From the NCBI GenBank assembly GCA_963836205.1, contig CAWIIV010000006.1, forward strand, positions 480,001-544,000: 64,000 bases of DNA. The letters run 5' to 3'. Under the pieces are notes generated by a model. The model saw only the letters and a program-made list of their open reading frames with translations. It searched no databases and had not been told where the DNA came from. The position numbers and the translations under genes were made by a program. Each line of letters starts with the position of its first letter. Within the stretch, counting starts at the first letter, position 1. Positions 38,641-49,152 of the stretch are shown piece by piece. The stretch is from an uncultured Acidimicrobiia bacterium. GTDB taxonomy: Bacteria; Actinomycetota; Acidimicrobiia; Acidimicrobiales; AC-14.

Positions 38641-41346
38641 TCAGCCGTCGAGGCCGAGCTTGTGTCGCAGGCGGGCCGTGTCGAACGAGGCCGCACCGGG
38701 CGGGGTGGTGTAGGTGTCGAACTCGCGGAGGAGGGCGACGAGCTGCTCCCGCCATGTGGGATCGGCGGCGGCCTGATGGGGGGTGAGGCCGCCGAGGGCG
38801 GGGACCGGCTCGTCGACCCAGCGGTCCTCGTGATCTCGGATGACCGCCGCCAGCACCTCGCGGGCTTCGGGTGGGAGGGCGTCGGCGACGTGGGGCGACG
38901 ACTGCGAGCGGGAGGCGACCAACTCGTCGACGGGCGTCTCGCTCTCGCGTAGGAGGACCAGCCCCGGGACCGCCGCCTCCACCCTGGCCCGCAAGCCCCG
39001 GAAACGCCCGACGCTGGTGGCCGACACGGCGAGCTCGTCGCCCTCGACGGCCACCATCCCTCGCACCGGAGACAGGCCATCGGACCAGGTCTCGTCGTCG
39101 ACACGGTCGAGCACGGCGTCGAGCGCGGCCAGGCCCTCCGCGTCCGACATCCGGTAACGGGCCTCGCACAGCACTACCGGCTCACCGTCGGTGGTGACGA
39201 TCGTCGGCGGGGCCGAGGCGGCACCGATCAGCGTTGCCACCTCGAAGGCGTCAGCTTCGGCGTCGAGGGTGGCAAGGAGGGGATCGCGCAGTCGCAGCGG
39301 AACAGTAAGCGCGCCCCCGATGATCTGGAACCCGGCCCCGTCGGGAACCACGTGGGCGAGCAGGAGGTCGCCGCGACCCATCCGGCCGGACCCAAGCCGT
39401 TCCCGCACGTCGACGACGTCGCCGGTGCGGACGTCGCGCAGGGTCATGCCGACCCCGGGCGCGACGTCGACCACCTCGTGGACCGACCGGTCGACCAACG
39501 ACCATTGGGTCACGAGGTTGCGCTCGTCGTCGGGGAGAAGGGGGCCTCGCAGGCGGAGGAACTCCTCGACGACATCGTCCTCGAACAGCACCAGGGACGC
39601 CGCCAGGGCCTCGCCGCCGGGCTCGTCATCCCCGAGCTCGTCGGCCACCTCGTAGACGTCGCCCGTGAAGTCGGACCTTTCGAGGAACCAGACCAACTTC
39701 TCCCAGATCCAGCGGACGCGCTCGGGTAGCGGCACCGCTCCCGTCGTGCCCAGGCAGCAGTGCTTGTGCTTGCGCCCCGAACCGCACGGGCAGGGATCGT
39801 TGCGGCGGGCAAGCGCCCGGGGAGGCTGGGCGTAGCGACGGAGGACCTTGAGCCGGGCCTCGGCCTCGGCGTCGCCCACGTCGGCCAGGCGAGCAAGGAG
39901 ATCGACGGCCCGTCGGGCGTCGCCCGTGTCGCTGGCGTGCCAGGCCGCGTCCTCGAGCGACGGCCAGTGCGCAGGATCGGCCTCCAGCGCCTCCCGGCGA
40001 AGGGATTCGGCTCGGTCGTGGTCGCCGGCCCCGCTGGCGGCGACCGACGCCAGCCACGCCGGCCCGGTCCGGTGGCGCCGGGGTGCGCGAGCCAGAAGAG
40101 CGTCCGCAAACCTCGCCAGCACGTCGTTCTCCGAGGCCGCCGAGGCCAGGTCCGCGAACGCGGGGCCGAGATCGGGGTCGGAGAGGAGCGCGGCCAGCTC
40201 GTCGACCATGGCGCCATGGGCATCGTCGAGCACCGGCTGGCCGCCGGCGAAGATCCGGTAGAGCTCGGTGACGGCCACCAGGGCGGCCGCCTCCCGGGGG
40301 TCGAGCCCATGGATGCGGGCCACCGCCGACGCGGCACGGACCCGCCCGAACCCGTCCCAATCGGCGCCGTCGGGGGCGGCGTACCCGTCCCGGATCTCGT
40401 ACCCGCAGTCGGCGAGCAGCCCGCCCAGCGGCGGCAACACCCCGGCCTTCGGCAACGCCAGGTCGGTGAGGGCGGCGCCGACCAGCTCGTCCACCGACAC
40501 CGGCAAGCCGTCCCCGCCGTTCAGCCGGTCGAAAGCAGCCGCCAGCCCCTGCGCCAACCCCTCGGGTGCCGCCGGTTCCGCTGTGACCGGCACCACCTCG
40601 ACCTCGTCGCCCTGGAGCTGGAATCCGACGAGGTCGCCGGCGCGGGCCCCCCCGAGCCAACCGGTCGGCCCCACGAGGACCGCGCCCGTGTGCTCGCGGT
40701 GGTCGAGCTCGGCCACTTCTCCCCCGGCCAGGTGGAGGTGGCCGTGATCGGCCACGAGAACGCCCAACGGCTCCAGGTCGGGGGAGAACGCCACGAACCC
40801 ACCCGCCACCTCCTCCTCGGTCACGCGGTGGGTGAAGGTCGTCCCGTCGGGCGACTCCGCCAGCTCCCACTCCTCCCCGTCGGCGTCCGCCGCGCCGTCT
40901 TCAGCGTCACGGTCGTCCTCCCATGACTCGGGGAGGGCGGCCAGGTCGGCCGCGTACCGGGCTCGGTTGAAGGGCTGCCTATCGCTGCTCATCCGCCAGA
41001 ACTCGACCGCCGCCACCGACGCCAACATGTGCAGCGCCTCGTGGCGCTCATACCCCGCAGCGACGATGCGCTCGGCCGTCAGCCACACCTCCGGAGGGTC
41101 GTCGCGCCACAGCTGGCTGGCCACCAGCTCGTGCATGGCCAGGTGCAGGCGAGGGCTCATCGGCGCACCGTCGGGTGCGATCTCGTCCACGTCGGCGTCC
41201 ACCGCATCGGCCAGATCGGGATGCTCGGCCCGGATGAGAACGCGCCGGTCGTCCTCGTCGGCGGGATCGAGGAGGCCCAGCTCGACGCCGTCGAACGAGC
41301 CCGAGACGGGCGGACAGATCCACGCCCGACGGCGGTCGACATCCAT
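38641..41346 (-). CDS. Multidomain SEC-C motif protein
   Basis: N-terminal PRLHLAMH..RHEALH (DUF1841-like), TPR-like helices, RNDPCPCGSGRKHKHCC, C-terminal WVDEPVPALGGLTP; start approximate. Confidence 0.75.
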   Translation of the reverse strand: MDVDRRRAWICPPVSGSFDGVELGLLDPADEDDRRVLIRAEHPDLADAVDADVDEIAPDGAPMSPRLHLAMHELVASQLWRDDPPEVWLTAERIVAAGYERHEALHMLASVAAVEFWRMSSDRQPFNRARYAADLAALPESWEDDRDAEDGAADADGEEWELAESPDGTTFTHRVTEEEVAGGFVAFSPDLEPLGVLVADHGHLHLAGGEVAELDHREHTGAVLVGPTGWLGGARAGDLVGFQLQGDEVEVVPVTAEPAAPEGLAQGLAAAFDRLNGGDGLPVSVDELVGAALTDLALPKAGVLPPLGGLLADCGYEIRDGYAAPDGADWDGFGRVRAASAVARIHGLDPREAAALVAVTELYRIFAGGQPVLDDAHGAMVDELAALLSDPDLGPAFADLASAASENDVLARFADALLARAPRRHRTGPAWLASVAASGAGDHDRAESLRREALEADPAHWPSLEDAAWHASDTGDARRAVDLLARLADVGDAEAEARLKVLRRYAQPPRALARRNDPCPCGSGRKHKHCCLGTTGAVPLPERVRWIWEKLVWFLERSDFTGDVYEVADELGDDEPGGEALAASLVLFEDDVVEEFLRLRGPLLPDDERNLVTQWSLVDRSVHEVVDVAPGVGMTLRDVRTGDVVDVRERLGSGRMGRGDLLLAHVVPDGAGFQIIGGALTVPLRLRDPLLATLDAEADAFEVATLIGAASAPPTIVTTDGEPVVLCEARYRMSDAEGLAALDAVLDRVDDETWSDGLSPVRGMVAVEGDELAVSATSVGRFRGLRARVEAAVPGLVLLRESETPVDELVASRSQSSPHVADALPPEAREVLAAVIRDHEDRWVDEPVPALGGLTPHQAAADPTWREQLVALLREFDTYTTPPGAASFDTARLRHKLGLDG

Positions 41347-41408
41347 ATCGACGACGGTAGGCGACCACGTCGTCCGTTTCGATGAGCGTCTGTTGGTAGC
41401 TTGATGGC

Positions 41409-41642
41409 ATGCGAGCAACCATTGACAAGGCAGGTCGCCTGGTCATTCCCAAACCGCTTCGCGACCTGCTCGGGCTCGGGCCCGGCGAGGTCGAGGTCAC
41501 CACCGACGGCGCCGCCCTGCGGGTGGAGGCGGTCCCCGGCGAAGGCCTGGACGAGCGACGCGGCCGGCTCGTGATCCCTCCGTCCGGTGTGCCGATCGGC
41601 GGCGGCGACGTGAAGTCCCTCCGTCATGGCGACCAGCGGTAG
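41409..41642 (+). CDS. AbrB/MazE-type antitoxin (VapB)
   Basis: MRATIDKAGRLVIPKPLRDLLGL. Confidence 0.88.
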   Translation: MRATIDKAGRLVIPKPLRDLLGLGPGEVEVTTDGAALRVEAVPGEGLDERRGRLVIPPSGVPIGGGDVKSLRHGDQR

Positions 41643-42060
41643 GGAGCCCGACCTCCTGGTCGACACCAGCGTCGCCGTGGCGTTGGCCGTCGGCGATCAC
41701 CAGCTCCACTCGGCGACGATCGACGCGCTCGACGGACGGCGGCTGGGACTGGCCGGCCACGCCGCTTTCGAGACCTTCTCGGTGCTGACCCGTCTGCCTT
41801 CGCCCGCCCGCCGGTCGCCCGCGGTCGTCGTCCAGATCCTGATGGCGAACTTTCCGGAAAGCCGGTTCTTGTCGGCCTCGGGTGCGGCCGCCCTGTTCGT
41901 CCGGCTGGCCGACGGTGAGTTCGCCGGCAGCTCGGTCTACGACGCGCTCGTGGGGGCGGCAGCGGCCGAGCACGGGCTCACCCTCGCCACCTGGGACCGG
42001 CAGGCCCTCGATACCTACCGGGCGCTCGACGTGCACGTCGAGATGCTCCACCTGCCGTGA
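41626..42060 (+). CDS. PIN-domain toxin (VapC)
   Basis: LLVDTSV, FETFSVLTR, YDALV, LATWD; overlaps antitoxin. Confidence 0.88.
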   Translation: MATSGREPDLLVDTSVAVALAVGDHQLHSATIDALDGRRLGLAGHAAFETFSVLTRLPSPARRSPAVVVQILMANFPESRFLSASGAAALFVRLADGEFAGSSVYDALVGAAAAEHGLTLATWDRQALDTYRALDVHVEMLHLP

Positions 42061-42437
42061 GTGACATCGACGACCCCATCGAGCGGGTGACGGCGTTGTG
42101 TCTCGCCCTCCCCGAGGCCGAGTCGGTACCCGCGGGCGACCGGCACACCGCATTCTCGGTCCGGAAGCGGATCTTCGCCTATCACCTCGTCGATCACCAC
42201 GGCGACGGGCGGGTGGCACTCAACTGCAAGGTCGCCCCCGGCGAGAACACGGCGCTCATCGCCGACGACCCTGTCCGGTGGTTCATGCCCGCCTACCTCG
42301 GTCCCCGGGGATGGGTCGGCCTCGACCTCGAGGCGGCGCCGGTCGACTGGGACGCGGTCCGCTCGCTCCTCATCGAGAGCTACCGGCTGGTCGCGCCCAA
42401 GGCCCTCGTCCGCCGGCTCGACACCGACCCGACGTGA
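42057..42437 (+). CDS. MmcQ/YjbR family protein
   Basis: LCLALPE, FSVRKRIF, PAYLGPRGWV, ESYRLVAPK. Confidence 0.85.
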   Translation: MSDIDDPIERVTALCLALPEAESVPAGDRHTAFSVRKRIFAYHLVDHHGDGRVALNCKVAPGENTALIADDPVRWFMPAYLGPRGWVGLDLEAAPVDWDAVRSLLIESYRLVAPKALVRRLDTDPT

Positions 42438-43159
42438 CCGTCGAGGCGGTGGTCTTCGACTGGGGCGGGACCCTCTCCGAGTTCGTGTCGGCCGAGTTGG
42501 TCGACGCCTGGCGGCTGGCCGCCCGCCACCTTGCGCCCGACCGGGAGGACGAGCTCACCGACCGCCTGGTGGCAGTCGAGGCCGCCTTCTGGACCACCAC
42601 CGCCACCCACCAGCGCAGCGCCACCCTCGCCGACCTCCTGGCCGCGGCCGCGGCCGAGCTCGGCCTCGACGTGGCCGAGGCGCTGCTGGAGGAGGCCGCC
42701 GTCCGCCACCTCGACTCCTGGACGCCCCACGTCCGCCACGACCCCGACGCCGCACCGACCTTGGCCGCGCTGCGGGACCGGGGCCTGCGCATCGGGCTGC
42801 TGTCCAACACCCACTGGCCCCGCCCGTTCCTCGAGCGCTTCCTCGAGCGCGACGGGCTGGCCGGCCTCATCGACGTCCGCCTCTACACCAGCGAGATGCC
42901 GTTCCAGAAGCCCCATCCCACCGCGTTCCGCGCCGCCCTCGACGCCCTCGGTGTCGGCGACCCGTCCACCGCCGTGTTCGTGGGCGACCGTCCGTGGGAC
43001 GACATCTCCGGCGCCACCAGCGTCGGCATGCGCACCGTCCTCCGTCCCAACCCGATGCTCGACGAGGACGGTCCTCCGCCCGACGCCCGCATCGCCGCCC
43101 TCCCCGAACTGCTCGACCTGGTCGCAGGCTGGAACGGCGACGGGATCAGGCGACCGTGA
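42434..43159 (+). CDS. HAD-family hydrolase
   Basis: FDWGGTL, LLSNT, KPHP, VGDRPWDD. Confidence 0.88.
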   Translation: MTVEAVVFDWGGTLSEFVSAELVDAWRLAARHLAPDREDELTDRLVAVEAAFWTTTATHQRSATLADLLAAAAAELGLDVAEALLEEAAVRHLDSWTPHVRHDPDAAPTLAALRDRGLRIGLLSNTHWPRPFLERFLERDGLAGLIDVRLYTSEMPFQKPHPTAFRAALDALGVGDPSTAVFVGDRPWDDISGATSVGMRTVLRPNPMLDEDGPPPDARIAALPELLDLVAGWNGDGIRRP

Positions 43160-43565
43160 CCGTCCCCCGCATGCCGTAGGCCCAGTGCCCGGGCAGGTGG
43201 CAGCCGAACTCCACCTGCTCGCCTGCTTCGTCGCCGAAGGTGAACGTGGTGGCCCGGCTCTCGCCCGCGGGCACCGACACCTCGCCGGGACGGGGCGGGT
43301 GGTACGCCTCGGTCCCGTTCTCGTGCCGCTCGTGGACGCCGGCGTCGCCGACGATCAACTCGTGGCCGATGGGGTCGAGGTTGTGGACCAGGAACTTCAC
43401 GGTGGTGCCGGGGGCCACCTCGATGTGGGCCGGGGAGAAGGTGGAGAACCGAGCGGTGAGCTCGATCGTCTTGTCGGACCCGGGGCCGCCGCACCCGGCC
43501 AGCCCCACCGTCCCGGCCGCCATGGCCAGGAGGGTGGCGGTCAGCCGGATGCGGCGGCCGGACAT
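43146..43565 (-). CDS. Cupredoxin-domain lipoprotein
   Basis: LAGC lipobox; HE..; CHLPGHWAYGM copper-ligand motif. Confidence 0.85.
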   Translation of the reverse strand: MSGRRIRLTATLLAMAAGTVGLAGCGGPGSDKTIELTARFSTFSPAHIEVAPGTTVKFLVHNLDPIGHELIVGDAGVHERHENGTEAYHPPRPGEVSVPAGESRATTFTFGDEAGEQVEFGCHLPGHWAYGMRGTVTVA

Positions 43566-44665
43566 CACTTGCGCCGGTAGGCGAGGGCGATGCCGCCGGC
43601 CCCGGCGACGACCACCAGCCCGGCCAAGCCGACGAAGGCGGCCACGTTGCCGGCGCCGTTGTCGTCGTCGGTCCCGAGGAGTCCGCCCTCGGGCTGGGCG
43701 GTGACATCGTCGTCGTCGGTGCCGAGCAGGCCGGCCGCCTCCGCCGATGGCTTGCCCGCCCCGCTGGCGTCGATGGCGAGGTCGTACGTGAGCTCCGACG
43801 GCGCCGCCGCCACCTTGAGGTACGACAGCCACATCGACTGCGGCAGCCACTCCATCCCCTTGTCGGTGCGGAGGTCGGTGAGCAGGGCGTCGGAGGCGAG
43901 CTCCTGGCGGTCGAGCACCACGCCGGCCGAGTCCTTGCCGGCGAGAAGGGTCGGCTTGATCTCGGTGAGGACGAACACGTCGGCGTCGATCCGCTCGCCC
44001 TCCACCCGGCCCAGGCCGAGGATGCGCAGCGGCACCCACGGGTTCTCGGTGGGGATGGTGATGTGCACCGGCGTGCCGTCGCCGATGTTCACGCCCTTGT
44101 CGGCCACCGCGGCGGCGTCGAAACGGGCGGCGAGGAAGATGGGGCTGCGGCGGGCGTAGAAGTCGAGGACCTCGGGGGCGTCGGGCGTGAGGAGGAAACC
44201 GTTGTCGATCGCCCACTGGCCGACGGCCTGGGCGCCGCCCTTGAGGACGGTGAGGTCGAGGGCGCCCACCCGGGTCTCGAGCAGGACTTCGGCCGAGTCG
44301 CCGGCCGCGGCCGAGGCGGCGAACTCGAGACGAGCCTGCGGGGGCGGAGGCGTGACCTCCTTGACCAGGCGCTGGAGAGTCCACTCGCCGCCCTCTTCAA
44401 CCGTCGTGGGGACGCCCGGCAGAGGGACGATCGAGCCGAACGCCCCGCCGGTGCCGGCGAACTCGAAGGCGGTCACGTAATGCTCGATGCCGTCGGCATA
44501 GCCGGCCAGGGTGGTGGTGCGGGTGAGGTTGACCTCGCCGTTCTGGCTGAAGACGCCTCCGCAGGCGAGGGCGGGGCCGGCAGTCGCGGTCAGGGCGACC
44601 GTGGCAGCGGCGGTCGCGGCGGTAAAGGTGAGCAACCAGGTCCTTCGTCGAGTGGGGCGCATCAT
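43565..44665 (-). CDS. Secreted, C-terminally anchored protein (DUF2330-like)
   Basis: Signal peptide ending ALA-CGG, FGSIVPLP, C-terminal TM + RRK. Confidence 0.6.
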   Translation of the reverse strand: MMRPTRRRTWLLTFTAATAAATVALTATAGPALACGGVFSQNGEVNLTRTTTLAGYADGIEHYVTAFEFAGTGGAFGSIVPLPGVPTTVEEGGEWTLQRLVKEVTPPPPQARLEFAASAAAGDSAEVLLETRVGALDLTVLKGGAQAVGQWAIDNGFLLTPDAPEVLDFYARRSPIFLAARFDAAAVADKGVNIGDGTPVHITIPTENPWVPLRILGLGRVEGERIDADVFVLTEIKPTLLAGKDSAGVVLDRQELASDALLTDLRTDKGMEWLPQSMWLSYLKVAAAPSELTYDLAIDASGAGKPSAEAAGLLGTDDDDVTAQPEGGLLGTDDDNGAGNVAAFVGLAGLVVVAGAGGIALAYRRK

Positions 44666-44742
44666 CGACCTCCCGTCGTGTGAGCTGTCCGTGAGACGCC
44701 TCCGGTGGGAGGTTCGGTTCCCGGGACCTAACCTGTTTCTCC

Positions 44743-45711
44743 GTGCGATACCGGGAGGTCGGCGGGGCCCGGGTGTCGGTCGTCGGCCTGGGGACATGGC
44801 AGTTCGGGTCGGCCGAGTGGGGCTACGGCGAGGGATACGCGGCGGTGGAGGCCGACGCGATCGTCCGGCGGGCGCTGGATCTGGGCGTGAACCTGATCGA
44901 CACGGCCGAGGTCTACGGCCACGGACGGTCGGAGTTGATCGTCGGTCGCGGGATCGCCGGGCGGCGGGACGACGCGTTCGTGGCAACCAAGGTCTGGCCG
45001 GTGGCGCCTCTGGCCCGGGTGGTGGAGGAGCACGCCCGAGGGAGCGCGGCGCGGCTGGAGGTCGAAACCATCGACCTCTACCAGATCCACTGGCCGAACC
45101 CCTTGGTGCCATTGGGGATGACGATGGCGGGCATGCGCCGGTTGGTGGACGGGGGCGTCGTGCGCCACGTGGGGGTGAGCAACTTCTCCCTCGGTCGCTG
45201 GCGGGCGGCGGAGCGGCGGTTGGGGTCGCCGGTGCTGTCGAACCAGGTCCAATACAACCTGGTCGCTCGCAAACCGGAGCGGGAGCTGCTCGGGTACGCG
45301 GCCTCTTCCGATCGGCTGATCATCGCCTACAGCCCATTGGCCAAGGGCCTGCTCGGGGGACGGTACGACGATCGTCATCGGCCGTCGTCGCTGATCAGGA
45401 AGGTGAGCCCCCTGTTCATGCCCGAGAACCTCCGCCGGGTGAAGCCGTTGCTGGACGTGCTGCGGGAGGTGGCCGCTTCGCAGGGTGCGAGCCCCGCCCA
45501 AGTGGCCCTGGCGTGGGTGCTCCGCCGCCCGAACACGGTCGCCATCCCCGGGGCCCGGACGGTCGAGCAACTCGAGTCCAACGTCGCCGCCGCCGACCTC
45601 GACCTCACCGACGACGAGGCTGACGCGTTGACCGGGGCGTCCGACGCCTTCCACCGGGCGTCGATGGCCCGAGCCGCACCAAGCCTCTTGCGGAGGGCTG
45701 AAAGGGCATGA
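44743..45711 (+). CDS. Aldo/keto reductase
   Basis: GLGTWQFG, IDTAEVYG, DLYQIHWP, GVSNF, AYSPL, IPGA. Confidence 0.92.
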   Translation: MRYREVGGARVSVVGLGTWQFGSAEWGYGEGYAAVEADAIVRRALDLGVNLIDTAEVYGHGRSELIVGRGIAGRRDDAFVATKVWPVAPLARVVEEHARGSAARLEVETIDLYQIHWPNPLVPLGMTMAGMRRLVDGGVVRHVGVSNFSLGRWRAAERRLGSPVLSNQVQYNLVARKPERELLGYAASSDRLIIAYSPLAKGLLGGRYDDRHRPSSLIRKVSPLFMPENLRRVKPLLDVLREVAASQGASPAQVALAWVLRRPNTVAIPGARTVEQLESNVAAADLDLTDDEADALTGASDAFHRASMARAAPSLLRRAERA

Positions 45712-45724
45712 TATTCCTTAGGCC

Positions 45725-46331
45725 GTGAGGCGCCTGGCGCTCGTCGGGATGGTGGTGGCGTTGCTGCTCCTGTCGGCCGCGTGCGGCGGCAAGGACGAAC
45801 CGTTGGGCCCCATCGGCTCGGTGCCCCAAGCCACGACAACGACCAACCCCTACGCCGTGCCGGAAGTCATCGACGAGGCCTACGTGAACCGAGTCCTGGC
45901 CGGGCTGGACCAGGCCTACGGCGACCTCACTCGCTTGATCGTGAGCACCGAGAACATCGTGCCCGAAGCGATCGACCGTCTCAAGACTCATCTATCGTCG
46001 ATGAGGATCAGTTTCAGTTAGCAAATCAACGCTATTCCAGAGACATCCTCGACCGAGGCCTCGAGACCATCCGGCCCAATCCCGGCAATAGGGCCACAAC
46101 AGTCAGCGAACTGATCACGGTCAGTGCACGGATTGTGTCTTTGCCGAGAGTGGACATGGACACCTCTGCGGTCACGATCTCGCCGAAACCCGTTTTCCGC
46201 ACCAGGTGGATCGCCATCGTCCCTCATGATCCCGTCGCTGGATCGAAGAACAATCCCACGGGATGGGTATTCGTCTACGAAGGATTCGAGAAGACTTTTC
46301 TCAACCGGCCGACCCATGCGCCGGCTTCTAG
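45725..46331 (+). pseudogene. Lipoprotein, cassette copy 1 (frameshifted)
   Basis: N-terminus near-identical to 49153..49746; reading frame breaks near 45990 and later. Confidence 0.7.
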
Positions 46332-47212
46332 TCACCCTTGTGGTTTGCATTCATTCTCTGGCGATACCAACTGTTACCCTGGCACGACAGGCCGAGAACC
46401 CGGAGCAAACCTCGACTTACCCTGGTCGTGGCGCCAGTCAGAAGCGGCGGGAATTCCGGCGGTCAGGACGGTAGTAGCCGGGGCGGTGATGGCGCTCGAT
46501 GTGGAGAGCGCCGAGTCGAAACGGCCGACACGGCGTCGGTCGAACCCACGAAGGACTACGACCGACTCGGCGCCTTCGGTTCGGTACATTCCCTATGAAC
46601 GTGTCGTTCCAGGCGGCGGGCCCAATGGCGAAATGTGCAGTTGGCCGAAGTGGGTTCCGGCGGTTCCCGACGAACCACTCCCGTGGATCGCGGGTTTCCG
46701 AACTGACCAGAGCCATGGAGGACTCCTTGCCTCGGCTACCCGGAGCTGCCCGATCGAGCCGGGTTCCGAGTCTCGTCAGCTGAGACGCCAAGATCTATGC
46801 ACATCAGTACTGGCAACACATGCCGCTCCCTAGTCCTCAGCCGTACATCGCTCCAGGAAGGGCGATCACCGGGATGTTCGCCTACCTCGAGACTCGAGGG
46901 ACGACGACCCACACCTTCTCCGAGCCGGAGACGCCTTTTGGGCCACTAACGATCGTGGCGACCGGCAGGTACTACGTCGATTGGGGCGACGGGACCCGGA
47001 CCGGGCCACACTCCTCCGAGGGCGAGCCGTGGCCGGACGGCGACATCAAGCATGAGTACATCCATATCGGCTCGTACGACGTCGTGGTCACCGAGCGGTG
47101 GACGGCGACGTGGAGCTTCGGGGACCAGTCGGGCACGCTTACCGAGCTTCGCACCGTGGGGCGGATCGACGACTTCCCCGTCCAGCAGATTCAGGCGGTC
47201 GTCTTCCAGTAG
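46316..47212 (+). pseudogene. Secreted protein with PKD-like C-terminal domain, cassette copy 1 (frameshifted)
   Basis: MRRLLV start; C-terminal 130 aa near-identical to 49731..50561; internal frameshifts. Confidence 0.7.
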
Positions 47213-47214
47213 GA

Positions 47215-47265
47215 GTTCTGGGGCATGAAAAGGGGTGCCACGCTCCCCTTTTCATGCCCACAAAC
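47215..47265. repeat. REP-like palindrome, family A copy 3
   Basis: GGGCATGAAAAGGGG..CCCCTTTTCATGCCC. Confidence 0.8.
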
Positions 47266-47324
47266 GGCTACGGCAGCCTGCGGGCGCCGATGGTGTCCTT
47301 CCAGACCGGTTCGTAGCCGGCGGC

Positions 47325-48782
47325 GAGGATGTCCCGAGTTCCGTGGAACTTCGGTGGCGGCCCCGATGATCAGGCGGCTACTTCCCCATCCTCGCACGGG
47401 GGTGCGACAACCTTCGTGACGTGAGCGTCAAGGGCGGTCCGGAGGGCGGGCAGGTGGAGAAATCCGTTCACCCGGCGGAACTGCTTGGCCGCCTCCACCA
47501 TGCCCGCCGCACACCAGCGCAGCGCCATCGTCCCGTCCCGCCAGCGCTTCACGTTGGTCGAGTGATCCCGGCAGATCTCGATCATCGACTCGATGGCGTT
47601 GGTCGAGCGCAGCGTTCGGGCCAGCGTCGGCGGCACCCCGAGGCGGCTGACGGTGAGCGTCTCGGCCAGGCCCTCCCGCAGGCTGCCAGCGGCACCGGGG
47701 TGGCCCTTGTCCAGATCCCGGGCCAGGGCTTCGAGTGTCGCCTCGGCGGCCAACGCGTCAGCGTCGTGGTAGGCCGCTCGCATCTTGCGGGCCACCGTGG
47801 CCGCCATGTCCTTGGGCAGTCGCGACTCGACATTGCGGATCTTGTGGAGCTGGCAACGAGCCACGACCGGGTGGTCGAACACCGCCTTGACCGCCGCCAC
47901 CAGCGCCTTTGCCCCGTCGAGCACGCACAGGATGGGCCTGGTGGTGTCCAGGCCCCGATCCCGAAGGCCGGTGAGGAGGTCCTTGACGATGGTGGCGTTC
48001 TCGGTGTCGCCCTCCACCACCCCGAGCGGGTGCTTCGTCCCGTCGATGCCGATCCCCAGTGCCACCACGCAGACGTGGTCCGCGAAGTGCACGCCGTCGA
48101 TCATCAGCGCCACCAGGTCGAGGCCCGACAGGTCGGCGGCCAACATGGTGGCCAGGGCCGTTCGGTGGCGGTCACGAACCGCCGGCTGACCGCCGACTTC
48201 GACTTCGATCGAGCTGCTGCCTCGACCCCGGTGCCGACCGGCTCGAGTCCGGCCGAGTACCGCCGAGTCGACAGCTTGGCCATCATGCGCTCCAGCGCCA
48301 TCGAATCGAGCAGCTCGGTGGAGGCGAACAGGTCGTAGGCCGGCACCGCCACCTCGGCGGTTCCGTCCGCGCTGCGCATGCGCGGCCGCTGCACCGGCAA
48401 CCGCCGCCCGCCGAGGGTCACCGAGCCGTCCTCGGTTCCGTGGCGGACGGCGGTTCGATCGGGATCATGGACGCCCTTGGGCCCGCAGGCGGCGGTGACG
48501 CTCTCCTGCATCATCACGTGCATGACCTGCAGCCCAGCCCCGACGGCCAAGGCGAGAAGGCCCTCGCGCACTGTCTCGGCCAGCTCGGCCATGGCCAGGC
48601 TCACGGTGTCGGGCAGGGCGAGCTCGGCGGTCGCCGCGTGCGCGGCCTTGGTCTGATAGTTCTTCTTCACTGGCGGTCCCCTTGCTGGTCGAGTGACTTG
48701 GCGGTCGCCCGACACCTACCATCCGGCAGGTCTCAGGCGGGGGACCGCCACCTCAAACTTCTACGACGACCGGGACAACCTC
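47325..48782 (-). mobile_element. IS256-family insertion sequence (1458 bp)
   Basis: Imperfect terminal IRs GAGG[A/T]TGTCCCG..CGT[G/A]GAA..GGTGGCGG; 9-bp target duplication GCCGGCGGC at 47316-47324 and 48783-48791. Confidence 0.92.
47370..48670 (-). CDS. IS256-family transposase, one frameshift near 48160
   Basis: RHGTEDGSVTLGG, LSTRRY, MIDGVHF, VLDGAKAL, RCQLHKIRN, RSTNAIES split over two frames. Confidence 0.88.
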
Positions 48783-48999
48783 GCCGGCGGCTCTCAATCG
48801 AGACGATCTCGGACGGCGAGCGGTCGTCGGGGACTCGACTGGGCGCTCGGCGGGGCTTTCCGACGCGTAGCCGCCGGGTTCGGGGTGGGAACCCGGCTGA
48901 CTCGACGTCGCGCCCAATGAACACCGCGTTCCCAAGCCGGGGCATCGAGGATCGCCAACGAGAACCACCCTCAGCGGGAACAGGCGCAGCTTGCACGCG

Positions 49000-49140
49000 G
49001 GTCAAACGTCGCCGTCGCCGATCTCGAGCTGACAGCCGACGAGGGGAACGCGCTGCTCACCGCCGCGTCCGACGCCTCCACCGGGCGTCGATCGTGCGGA
49101 AGGGTCCCAAGGCCACTTGCGAAGGCCTGAAAGGACATGA
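49000..49140 (+). pseudogene. Degenerate copy of the aldo/keto reductase 3' end
   Basis: Aligns by eye to 45575-45711 (NVAVADLELTADE vs NVAAADLDLTDDE). Confidence 0.7.
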
Positions 49141-49152
49141 TATTCCTCAGCC

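Larger units (their letters stand above)
47268..48965 (-). pseudogene. Degenerate thiH 3' fragment interrupted by IS256
   Basis: 47268-47324 and 48783-~48965 align by eye to 50617-~50850. Confidence 0.75.
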
